Shown here piece after piece: positions 18,222-25,753 of a stretch of 64,000 nt of DNA. Position 1 is the first letter of the stretch; each line of letters opens with the position of its first letter. The position numbers and the translations under genes are program-made. The notes under the pieces were generated by a model. The model had not been told where the DNA came from and did no database searches. It saw only the letters and a program-made list of their open reading frames with translations. Source of the stretch: a virus; IMG/VR virus record IMGVR_UViG_3300025759_000058, one strand, 5' to 3'.

Positions 18222-18827
18222 ATGTCTAAAACATTATTAGTCGATTATACATTATTTGAAGTATCACCTCAGCAAATAAATGAGTCAATGACTCAAAACA
18301 ATGGCCGTTTAATTGTATCTGGCGTATTGCAACGGGCTGAGGCTAAGAATCAGAATGGACGTATTTATCCTAGAGAAACATTAGTACGTGAAGCAAAAAA
18401 ATATTCTGACTCATTTATTGCAGAAAAGCGTGCATTAGGAGAATTAGATCATCCCGATTCATCCGTTGTTAATCTTAATAATGTTTCTCATAATGTTTTA
18501 GAAATGGCGTGGGCAGGAAATGACCTTGTAGGAAAGGTTGAGGTATTATCGACGCCTTCAGGAAATATTCTTAAAGAGTTATTTAAGTCTGGTATTCGTT
18601 TAGGCATTTCATCTCGCGGTATGGGGTCTGTTAAAGAAGTAATGAAAGAGGGCGAAAATACATTAGAAGTGCAACCTGACTTTGAATTAATTGCTTTTGA
18701 TTTTGTATCAAATCCATCTACTCATGGCGCATTTTTGTCGCCGGTTAATGAATCAGTAAATAAAGTTACGAACAATATGTATGGAACAGTTGATCGTATA
18801 ATTACTGATATCATTAGAGAGTTTTGA
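18222..18827 (+). CDS. Prohead protease (T4 gp21-like)
   Basis: NQNGRIYP, ALGELDHP, VSH, GISSRGMGS, DFVSNPST motifs. Confidence 0.95.
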   Translation: MSKTLLVDYTLFEVSPQQINESMTQNNGRLIVSGVLQRAEAKNQNGRIYPRETLVREAKKYSDSFIAEKRALGELDHPDSSVVNLNNVSHNVLEMAWAGNDLVGKVEVLSTPSGNILKELFKSGIRLGISSRGMGSVKEVMKEGENTLEVQPDFELIAFDFVSNPSTHGAFLSPVNESVNKVTNNMYGTVDRIITDIIREF

Positions 18828-19093
18828 TGAAATTACCAATATCGTTTGATCAATTTACAAAAAATCCTGTCTCGGCAATTGCATTTGTTGCTTTAGGCGT
18901 TATAGGGTATTTGTATGTCGATATGATTAAAGTACATGAAGCACAGTTAACTAACTTAGACCGAACATGTACACAGCGCATTAATGACCATAAAGAGCGA
19001 ATTGAGTCATTAGAAGAAACAGTAGTCCGTTATGAGGATAAGTTAGACCAAATAAATGATAAGTTACTCAAATGTTTAGGACAAGACAATTAA
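18824..19093 (+). CDS. Single-TM coiled-coil membrane protein (i-spanin/holin-like)
   Basis: N-terminal TM AIAFVALGVIGYLY followed by coiled coil; overlaps the lipoprotein gene. Confidence 0.5.
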   Translation: MMKLPISFDQFTKNPVSAIAFVALGVIGYLYVDMIKVHEAQLTNLDRTCTQRINDHKERIESLEETVVRYEDKLDQINDKLLKCLGQDN

Positions 19094-19629
19094 TAATAGC
19101 TAGTGCACTTATATTAATAGGATGTAGTGAGCAACTCGAATCGCCTCAATATTTCAGCACGGAGCCAGAGATAGTTGATTCGATCCAAACTAAAAACCAA
19201 TGGGAAGGATTGTCTAGTATAGATGCTACATTAGCTATGGCAGACGAGGTAATGGCTAAACAGATGGAAGAAGAACGCCGTACACAAAATACTATAATTA
19301 GATTACGTACTACTGTGACTAGCGAAGAGGCTATAATAGATTCATTGCGGTCTTCAATAAGTTTTCGTGATAGTTTAATAAATCAATTAGGTTCTATACA
19401 AAAAACGCAACATGCGAGTATAGTAAATTTACGTGAAGAATTGCAACATAGGCAACATATATGTACTACAGAATGTACACCTACAATATTCCAATTAAAA
19501 AATGAAAATAAACAATTATTAAATTATATACAAGAGTTACAGAGTCAAATCGAAATAATGGATTCGTTATTATTAGATAACAGAAAAACGAGAAAAATCT
19601 ATGAACCTACTACCGGAAGATCTTTTTGA
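19072..19629 (+). CDS. Coiled-coil lipoprotein (o-spanin-like)
   Basis: Signal peptide with LILIG-C lipobox; long coiled coil; DSI/DSL sequons. Confidence 0.55.
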   Translation: MFRTRQLIIASALILIGCSEQLESPQYFSTEPEIVDSIQTKNQWEGLSSIDATLAMADEVMAKQMEEERRTQNTIIRLRTTVTSEEAIIDSLRSSISFRDSLINQLGSIQKTQHASIVNLREELQHRQHICTTECTPTIFQLKNENKQLLNYIQELQSQIEIMDSLLLDNRKTRKIYEPTTGRSF

Positions 19630-19717
19630 TTTACCAGAATTTAAAGTACTACCATGGTATAAAAGATTTTGGATTAGATTAAAGGTAGCATTTTTTACTT
19701 TTAACTCTTATATGTGA
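19601..19717 (+). CDS. 38-aa small protein not in the ORF track (MNLLPEDLFDLPEFKVLPWYKRFWIRLKVAFFTFNSYM)
   Basis: Fills the gap exactly and is TGATG-coupled to the next gene; amphipathic PWYKRFW helix. Confidence 0.55.
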   Translation: MNLLPEDLFDLPEFKVLPWYKRFWIRLKVAFFTFNSYM

Positions 19718-20133
19718 TGACTAAATCTACAACTATTATAATAGGCCTTACATCGACATTAAGTTTTTTATGTTCATATTTTTTAAACTTGACATTAGAT
19801 AATGTTGAACAGTTTTTAGGTATAGCATGTGTCGTTTTATTAGATGGCTTTTTTGGAATTATTGCTGGTACAAAAAGAGAAGGATTTAAAACTTTTAAAG
19901 CCCTTAGTGTACTTCGAACATTAGCAGTATGGTGGATTATCTTAGGAGCTATTCTAGCGGTAGAACAAGGATTTGTAGGTGCCGGATGGTTATCAGAAAC
20001 TATTATAATTCCATTTTTACTATTTCAAATTATAAGCGCTCTTAAAAATGCCTCAATGGCTGGTTTTATTAAAATGGATTTGTTAAATCAAATCTTAGAT
20101 AAAATTGACAATCATAAAGGTATTAGAAAATGA
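19717..20133 (+). CDS. Holin-like membrane protein (phage holin 4 family-like)
   Basis: Multiple TMs; LLDGFFGIIAG and QIISALKN motifs; ATG 19717 coupled to the upstream stop. Confidence 0.6.
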   Translation: MTKSTTIIIGLTSTLSFLCSYFLNLTLDNVEQFLGIACVVLLDGFFGIIAGTKREGFKTFKALSVLRTLAVWWIILGAILAVEQGFVGAGWLSETIIIPFLLFQIISALKNASMAGFIKMDLLNQILDKIDNHKGIRK

Positions 20134-20318
20134 AAAATTGGACTTCGGTTAGAGCAGTATATTTGCTCATGTCAATTGTGTTATTAATTGGCTTTAGTTT
20201 AAAAAATTGGTGGATAGTATTATTTGTAATAACAATGCTTCAAGTTGGAGTATGGACTAAGTTTTGCCCTTCTAAATGGTTATTTGAAAAAATAGGCCTG
20301 CAGAAGAGCAAACTTTAA
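20130..20318 (+). CDS. DUF2892/YgaP-TM-like small membrane protein
   Basis: 62 aa, two TMs, G..TKFCP...F.KIG motif. Confidence 0.6.
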   Translation: MKNWTSVRAVYLLMSIVLLIGFSLKNWWIVLFVITMLQVGVWTKFCPSKWLFEKIGLQKSKL

Positions 20319-21583
20319 TGTCATTAAATTTTTTAAACATATCATTACGCTCTAAAATTTGTTTAGTGTGCGCTACGCTAATAATGCTTAGCTTCTTTGT
20401 AGTTAAGACATTATTATTGATGGAAGTGTTTGATTATTCAGAATTTACAAATTGGTATGAATATTTGTCAGTTATTTTATTTATGCCACCTTTTTTTACC
20501 GTCGTTTCTGAATTTCTTTCAAAAGCTAAAAAAGAAGTAGCCGTTAAAGCTGATTTAGAATCATTATTAAATGAATCTTGTTTAGTATCTAAAGCAGATG
20601 CGCGAGGCAAAATTACATATGTAAATGATAAATTTGTTGAAATATCAAAGTATTCACGTGAAGAGTTAATAGGACAAGATCACGTTCTATTAAACTCAGG
20701 TGTACAAGATAAACAGTTTTGGGTAGATATGTACAAAACTGTCTTGCGAGATAAACAAATCTGGAATAAGTTTGTTACTAACGTCGATAAACATGGCAAA
20801 CATTATATCGTTAATTCTTGGATCATAGCTCATTTCGATGAAAAGGATAAGCTTAGAGGGTTTACATCTGTCCGGCAAGATGTAACTGAACTAGTTAATA
20901 CATTAGAAGCTATTAAACAAAAAGATGTTTATTTAGAACATGCCGCAAAGATTATTAGACATGATATGCATTCTGGTATTAATACGTATTTACCCCGGGG
21001 CATTAAATCATTAAAACGTAGATTGAATGATGAACAAATTAAAAAGTTACGTATACAAGCACCATTACAATTAATTCAAGATGGATTACATCATGCTCAA
21101 AAAGTATACGCTGGCGTGTATGAGTTTACTAATCTAGTTAAGCATAACGCCCAAATGTCTAAACAAGCATGTGATATAAAATTTATATTAGAAGACTATT
21201 TACGTTTAACGGCGTATAAGAATCAAGTAATATTAGATGATAATCTGCCTAAAGATTTGCATGTCAATGAAGCTTTGTTTTGTACGGCATTAGATAATCT
21301 AATACGAAATGGGTTAAAGTATAATGATTCTAAAACAAAGTACGTAAAAATATATTCAGAGTTTAAACAAGGTCAACAATATTTATGTATAGAAGATAAT
21401 GGCCGCGGCATGTCTCAAGAAGAGTTTGAGGTACTGTCTAAGCCATATCAGAGAAAAGAAGGCCAGAAAGAAGAAGGTACGGGTTTAGGGTTAAACATAT
21501 GTATTGAAATCTTAAAGGAGCATGGTTTTGAAATTATTTCAAATAAATTAGATGTTGGAACTAAGATAACGGTAAAAATATGA
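20318..21583 (+). CDS. Membrane-bound PAS-domain sensor histidine kinase
   Basis: Two TMs; PAS (ITYVNDKFVEISKYSREELIGQDH...RQDVT); H-box RHDMHS; N-box DNLIRNGLKY; G1 EDNGRGM; G2 GTGLGLNIC. Confidence 0.9.
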   Translation: MSLNFLNISLRSKICLVCATLIMLSFFVVKTLLLMEVFDYSEFTNWYEYLSVILFMPPFFTVVSEFLSKAKKEVAVKADLESLLNESCLVSKADARGKITYVNDKFVEISKYSREELIGQDHVLLNSGVQDKQFWVDMYKTVLRDKQIWNKFVTNVDKHGKHYIVNSWIIAHFDEKDKLRGFTSVRQDVTELVNTLEAIKQKDVYLEHAAKIIRHDMHSGINTYLPRGIKSLKRRLNDEQIKKLRIQAPLQLIQDGLHHAQKVYAGVYEFTNLVKHNAQMSKQACDIKFILEDYLRLTAYKNQVILDDNLPKDLHVNEALFCTALDNLIRNGLKYNDSKTKYVKIYSEFKQGQQYLCIEDNGRGMSQEEFEVLSKPYQRKEGQKEEGTGLGLNICIEILKEHGFEIISNKLDVGTKITVKI

Positions 21584-22017
21584 TTAATACATTAATGTTA
21601 ATAGATGATGAAAATTTATTTCATCTTGTCTTTGAGGATGCATGTTCATTGTTAGATATGGCATTGTCGATAGAAGCATTAGATAGCTCGGATGAAGCAG
21701 ATAAAAAATTCAAAGAATGGTTTCCGGACGATCCGAATCACGAACGACCCGAATGTGTGTTTGTAGACTTAAATATTATTGGTTCTTCTATGGACGGAAT
21801 CGAAACTATTAGAAAAATAAATACTGACTATGGTAATGGTTGTGTAATTGGTATTATTTCATCATCTGAAGACGAAGAAGAAATTGCCAAAGCAAAAGCA
21901 GTAGGAGCTCAATTTTGGATTATTAAGTCCGATGATATAGAACCTAGGTTAGAGTCGTTTATGGAAGATTATAATGGATATGTTAATAAAACAGCTCCAT
22001 TTAAAGTATATAGATAA
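21580..22017 (+). CDS. Single-domain response regulator (CheY-like receiver)
   Basis: LIDDE acidic pocket, VFVDLN phosphoacceptor Asp, MDG, IISSS, GAQFWIIK; no output domain. Confidence 0.9.
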   Translation: MINTLMLIDDENLFHLVFEDACSLLDMALSIEALDSSDEADKKFKEWFPDDPNHERPECVFVDLNIIGSSMDGIETIRKINTDYGNGCVIGIISSSEDEEEIAKAKAVGAQFWIIKSDDIEPRLESFMEDYNGYVNKTAPFKVYR

Positions 22018-22613
22018 TGATTGAAATAACAGAACATACTAGGAATGTTCTACTCGAGGTTGCTAAAAAGAAAAAAATCTACGTAGAAGGAAGTTTCTTA
22101 AAAATTTTAAAAGCACCAAAAGGTGATACAGAGTTCGAAGACTACCTTACATTATGTAAAGAAAAAGATGTTGCAGCTCGTAGAAAACGAATGGAAGTTG
22201 CAAAAGAAGTGCAGCAACAAAATAAAGAGCTTGAAGCAGCTGCAAAGAAGAATTCAAATTTAATGACTGAACTGCAATCGGCATTAGACGAGACAAAACG
22301 ATCTGAAGAAGAAGCGAATGAGTTACGACGTCAAGCAGAACAATTGCGAGACCAAGCAGTAAATGATTTAGATATTTTGCAAAAACGTACACAGTTTGAG
22401 TTAATAGGAACGATTGTACGTAGTGCATTATATGTTATTATTGGCGTTGGGTTATTAACAACGGCATTATATGTTTATGTAATGTCGCAAGGTTTTGATT
22501 CTAAAATCATAGAATCGACATGGTCTAATTTATTTGGTATACTTTTGACAAATTCATTTAGTATTGTAGGTACTATTATGGGAGTCAAGTATGCTACAGA
22601 TAAGGAAAAGTGA
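22017..22613 (+). CDS. Coiled-coil protein with two C-terminal TMs
   Basis: Long coiled coil, then ALYVIIGVGLLTTALYVY and LFGILLTNSFSIVGTIMGV; TAATG-coupled to the receiver gene. Confidence 0.6.
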   Translation: MIEITEHTRNVLLEVAKKKKIYVEGSFLKILKAPKGDTEFEDYLTLCKEKDVAARRKRMEVAKEVQQQNKELEAAAKKNSNLMTELQSALDETKRSEEEANELRRQAEQLRDQAVNDLDILQKRTQFELIGTIVRSALYVIIGVGLLTTALYVYVMSQGFDSKIIESTWSNLFGILLTNSFSIVGTIMGVKYATDKEK

Positions 22614-22993
22614 TGTATGAATATAATGCAATAGTTGATAGAGTCATCGACGGTGATACTATTGATTGTACGATAGATTTAGGCTTTCGTACATGGAAAA
22701 AAATACGCGTAAGGATGGAAGGAATTAATACACCGGAATCTAGAACACGTGATTTAGAAGAAAAGGCTAGAGGAAAAGCTGCCGCGGCTCGTTTAGAAGA
22801 AATACTTAATTTAAACAATAACAAGTGTGTGCTGAAGGTATCTGGTATAGGTAAATTTGGAAGGGCGTTAGCTTCTGTCTTTGTCACCTCATTATCGCCG
22901 ATTGACGGTCCTTCGTCATTGACATTAATTAACGTAAATAAACAATTGATTGAAGAGGGCCATGCTGTAGAATATCACGGTGGTAAACGATAA
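22610..22993 (+). CDS. Thermonuclease (SNase-like) family nuclease
   Basis: RVIDGDT, RVRMEGINTPE, GKFGRAL, NKQLIEEGHA motifs. Confidence 0.85.
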   Translation: MMYEYNAIVDRVIDGDTIDCTIDLGFRTWKKIRVRMEGINTPESRTRDLEEKARGKAAAARLEEILNLNNNKCVLKVSGIGKFGRALASVFVTSLSPIDGPSSLTLINVNKQLIEEGHAVEYHGGKR

Positions 22994-23024
22994 ATGCTTC
23001 ATATTTATTAAAAAGGAATTTATA

Positions 23025-23204
23025 ATGGCATTAGTAGATAAAACATCTAAGTACGGGCCAACGAATCCAATCGGAAAACGTGGAACGGGTGAATTGGTAG
23101 ATTTACTTGCATTCGAAACAGGTGCTGGTAATGTTGGTGTCGCTAGTAAATACGGACCTGTACAGTATGGTAAGCAGCCTAACAGATATGAGGATGCGGT
23201 CTAA
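23025..23204 (+). CDS. Small virion-region protein (start 23025)
   Basis: ATG follows the late motif at 23001 and an AAGGA SD; SKYGP is repeated twice. Confidence 0.55.
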   Translation: MALVDKTSKYGPTNPIGKRGTGELVDLLAFETGAGNVGVASKYGPVQYGKQPNRYEDAV

Positions 23205-23527
23205 TGATTAAGCTAATTGGTTTAGTTAAACAACATCGCCGTCTAACTGAAGTGGATGACATTCCAATGAATCCATCAACTGATCCAGCCGCTGAGCCAA
23301 CTGGTATCATTGATAAAGAAGACATACTTAACCGTATATCCAATATTGTTCAAGAGTTAGAAGCTATCGATGATGAATTAATGAATGCATTGACCGATGC
23401 CGAAGAAACAACCGGTAGTATAGAATACCGTACAGCTAAAGCAGTATTAAGCCGTTATTTATCAGCCGCATTAAAAAATTTAAAACGAATAGAGCGGCCG
23501 ATTAAAGGAATAAAAGGATCGTTATGA
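23204..23527 (+). CDS. Putative head-internal protein
   Basis: Leader MIKLIGLVKQHRRLTE. Confidence 0.5.
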   Translation: MIKLIGLVKQHRRLTEVDDIPMNPSTDPAAEPTGIIDKEDILNRISNIVQELEAIDDELMNALTDAEETTGSIEYRTAKAVLSRYLSAALKNLKRIERPIKGIKGSL

Positions 23528-24069
23528 GCAAGTGGGAATCACAACTTTTAAAACATATTCTTAATGAAAAGTATTTGGGCGAAGAAGAAGACCAAAAAAT
23601 GTCTAAAAACGAACGTAAGTCGTTTCTAGAAACAGTTTCAAACTATCAAGATCTTGGCAAACAAGTGTATAGAGAAAATACATTAGTTGAATTGTCTAAG
23701 ACATTAGGCGGCATCGTTGAGCAAGCTGAAAAATTAACATTAGATGAGTCAGAACATTGGTTTGATAATGTAACGGTGTCACGACATATGAAGCAGATGA
23801 ATGAGGCATATAAAGTCTTTGAAAAGACTGCAAAAGAAATGTCAGGCTTACAGCAGCGATTAGAATCTGCATATGAAGATATGGGTTCAATTTTAAATCG
23901 TTATTATGACATGAATAGTGCAATTAGTGAAGATCAGTATACTGCCGGTGTAGATGATGGCGAGGCTGGCGATGCATTACAAGAAGACCAATATACAGCA
24001 GGTGTAAATGATCAAGGTCCTGGCTTTCATGATCATATGACGGCTACAAAATCAAACCGCATTAAATAA
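23524..24069 (+). CDS. Putative prohead core protein
   Basis: Leader ending ILNE; helical WFD..TV.RHMKQM core; duplicated E-DQYTAGV tail. Confidence 0.5.
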   Translation: MSKWESQLLKHILNEKYLGEEEDQKMSKNERKSFLETVSNYQDLGKQVYRENTLVELSKTLGGIVEQAEKLTLDESEHWFDNVTVSRHMKQMNEAYKVFEKTAKEMSGLQQRLESAYEDMGSILNRYYDMNSAISEDQYTAGVDDGEAGDALQEDQYTAGVNDQGPGFHDHMTATKSNRIK

Positions 24070-24080
24070 TAAACATTTTT

Positions 24081-24113
24081 TTTGTACTTTGAAAAAACGT
24101 TATTATATTTATA
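24081..24113 (+). promoter_or_regulatory. Composite promoter for bS21 (host-type TTTG-N19-TATATTTA overlapping late motif ATATTTATA)
   Basis: TTTG 24081-24084, TATATTTA 24104-24111, ATATTTATA 24105-24113. Confidence 0.6.
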
Positions 24114-24135
24114 GTATAAACTAAACTAGTTATAA

Positions 24136-24387
24136 ATGAATTCAAAACAGTACAAGAAGCATCAAGCTATTTTACCTGGCGCCGGCATCGGCGTCCGGTT
24201 AACTTCCGGAAAAGATCGCAAATCAAATATTGAACGTGCACTGCGAGACTGGAAAAAGCAAGTTAAAGATGCCGGCATAATAACGGCATTAAAAAATAGA
24301 ATGCAATACGAAAAGCCATCAGTGACTAGACGTATTGCTAAAAAGAAAGCTAGATATATAGCAAAAATTCAATCAGAACAAAATTAA
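24136..24387 (+). CDS. rpsU: Phage-encoded ribosomal protein bS21
   Basis: NIERALRDWKKQVKDAGII..LKNRMQYEKPSVTRR..KKKA matches the bS21 signature (E.ALRRFK...G...E.R.R..YEKPS..RR). Confidence 0.88.
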   Translation: MNSKQYKKHQAILPGAGIGVRLTSGKDRKSNIERALRDWKKQVKDAGIITALKNRMQYEKPSVTRRIAKKKARYIAKIQSEQN

Positions 24388-24400
24388 AGGAGAAATAGAT

Positions 24401-24646
24401 ATGAACCAAGCAAAAGTAATGGGCATTCTTAGACACACCTTGACATTCTTAGGTGGTGTGTTAATAACTCAAGGAGTTATCGACGAATCATTGTACACTG
24501 AATTATTCGGTGCAATTATGACATTAGTTGGTGGTGTATGGTCTGTGATCGATAAAAAGACTGTTGAAGCCGTCGAAGATGTTGTAGAAAATGTCAAAGA
24601 AAAAGTTGATGAGGTTAAAGCAAAAGTAAGTCGTAAACGTAAATAA
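24401..24646 (+). CDS. Small two-TM holin-like protein
   Basis: GILRHTLTFLGGVL..G...GAIMTLVGGVWS with a basic C-tail; strong AAGGAG SD. Confidence 0.6.
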   Translation: MNQAKVMGILRHTLTFLGGVLITQGVIDESLYTELFGAIMTLVGGVWSVIDKKTVEAVEDVVENVKEKVDEVKAKVSRKRK

Positions 24647-24667
24647 TCATATTACGATAAAAATAAG

Positions 24668-24692
24668 AAAGGCGCCTTCGGGCGTCTTTTTT
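24668..24692 (+). terminator. Rho-independent terminator with UUCG loop
   Basis: AAAGGCGCC-TTCG-GGCGTCTTTTTT. Confidence 0.9.
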
Positions 24693-24742
24693 ACTATATA
24701 AATGAGTGGTTTTCTTGCATTGTGTATAATTATAATTGACAA

Positions 24743-24826
24743 TTGATACTACGTATGAAAACGTAGTCCCTGAAATATTAATTACTTTAATATTGAGATT
24801 AAAAATAATCTCAGTTCCCCAATCAA
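24743..24826 (+). promoter_or_regulatory. Structured 5' leader (three hairpins in a junction) of the scaffold-capsid operon
   Basis: ACTACGT/ACGTAGT (24748-24767), AATATTAA/TTAATATT (24774-24794), TGAGATTA/TAATCTCA (24794-24813), closed by TTGAT/ATCAA. Confidence 0.55.
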
Positions 24827-24842
24827 ATATTAGGAGACAAAA

Positions 24843-25736
24843 ATGAATGACCTTTTAAAGGAGGCCATTGCCGACGCAAAAGCTGTGCGTGAAACTGCAA
24901 TGGCAAATGCAAAAATTGCATTAGAAGAGGCCTTCACTCCCAGACTCCAAAGCATGTTATCTGCTAAATTAGCCGAAGAAGAAGAGTTAGAAGAAGAGGA
25001 CGACGATGTAGTTGCTGAGCCAGCTGCAGAGCCAGTCGCTGAACCTGCTCCCGAAGCTCCGGTTGAGGAAGAAGAGGATATACCTATGGATGAAGGCGAG
25101 TATGAAGACACTATGGAAGAAGAGGAAGATATGGACCTCGAGGAAGAAGATGATATGGACTTAGAAGAAATCATCAGAGAGCTTGAAGGAGAAATGGAAG
25201 CTGACGAAGAACCTGTTGCCGAAGGCGAGGGTGAAGACGATGAGCCTGTTTCTGAAGGCGAAGGTGAAGAAGAAGAGACTGTATCCGAAGGTGATGATGA
25301 AGAAGTTTCAATCGACGAAATTATCAAAGCATTGCGTGAAGAGGACGGAGAGGAAGAGGAGCCAGTAGCGGAAGCTGAAGATAAGGCCGAAGAATTGGAA
25401 GAAGCTTATCAAGTCATCAAATTCTTAAAGTCTAAAATTAACGAAGTAAATCTTCTTAATGCAAAGTTGTTGTTCTCTAACAAGTTGTTTAGAAATTATT
25501 CATTGAACGAAAACCAAAAGGTTAAAGTTATTGAAAATTTCGATCGCGCACGTACGTTGCGTGAAGTAAAGTTAGTTTACAGCACATTAGCTGAATCGTT
25601 TATTACGACTAAAGCTAAAAGACAAATTAAAGAAAGCTATGCATCTAAGCCAACGCCTTCTACAAGACCATCTAAGCAGGTGATCAATGAAGGTAATGAT
25701 TTAGCTGCTCGCTGGAAAAAATTAGCTAACATTTAA
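24843..25736 (+). CDS. Prohead scaffold/core protein (gp22-like role)
   Basis: Highly acidic, many xxE sites, EVNLLNAKLLFSNKLF coiled coil, ends WKKLANI; directly upstream of the MCP gene. Confidence 0.8.
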   Translation: MNDLLKEAIADAKAVRETAMANAKIALEEAFTPRLQSMLSAKLAEEEELEEEDDDVVAEPAAEPVAEPAPEAPVEEEEDIPMDEGEYEDTMEEEEDMDLEEEDDMDLEEIIRELEGEMEADEEPVAEGEGEDDEPVSEGEGEEEETVSEGDDEEVSIDEIIKALREEDGEEEEPVAEAEDKAEELEEAYQVIKFLKSKINEVNLLNAKLLFSNKLFRNYSLNENQKVKVIENFDRARTLREVKLVYSTLAESFITTKAKRQIKESYASKPTPSTRPSKQVINEGNDLAARWKKLANI

Positions 25737-25753
25737 TCACGGAGATTATTAAA

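Noticed and set aside
18824-22993. Host-derived island or assembly chimera explaining the two-component genes
   Set aside because: The genes are overlapped or stop-start coupled with flanking phage genes, on the same strand, with no integrase, transposase or att-like repeats. Read-level confirmation would still be worthwhile.
24830-25327. 165-aa Ser-rich minus-strand ORF, and the other minus-strand ORFs in the track
   Set aside because: These are antisense shadows of well-supported + strand genes (here GAA-rich scaffold codons), with no motifs, SDs or gene-like context.
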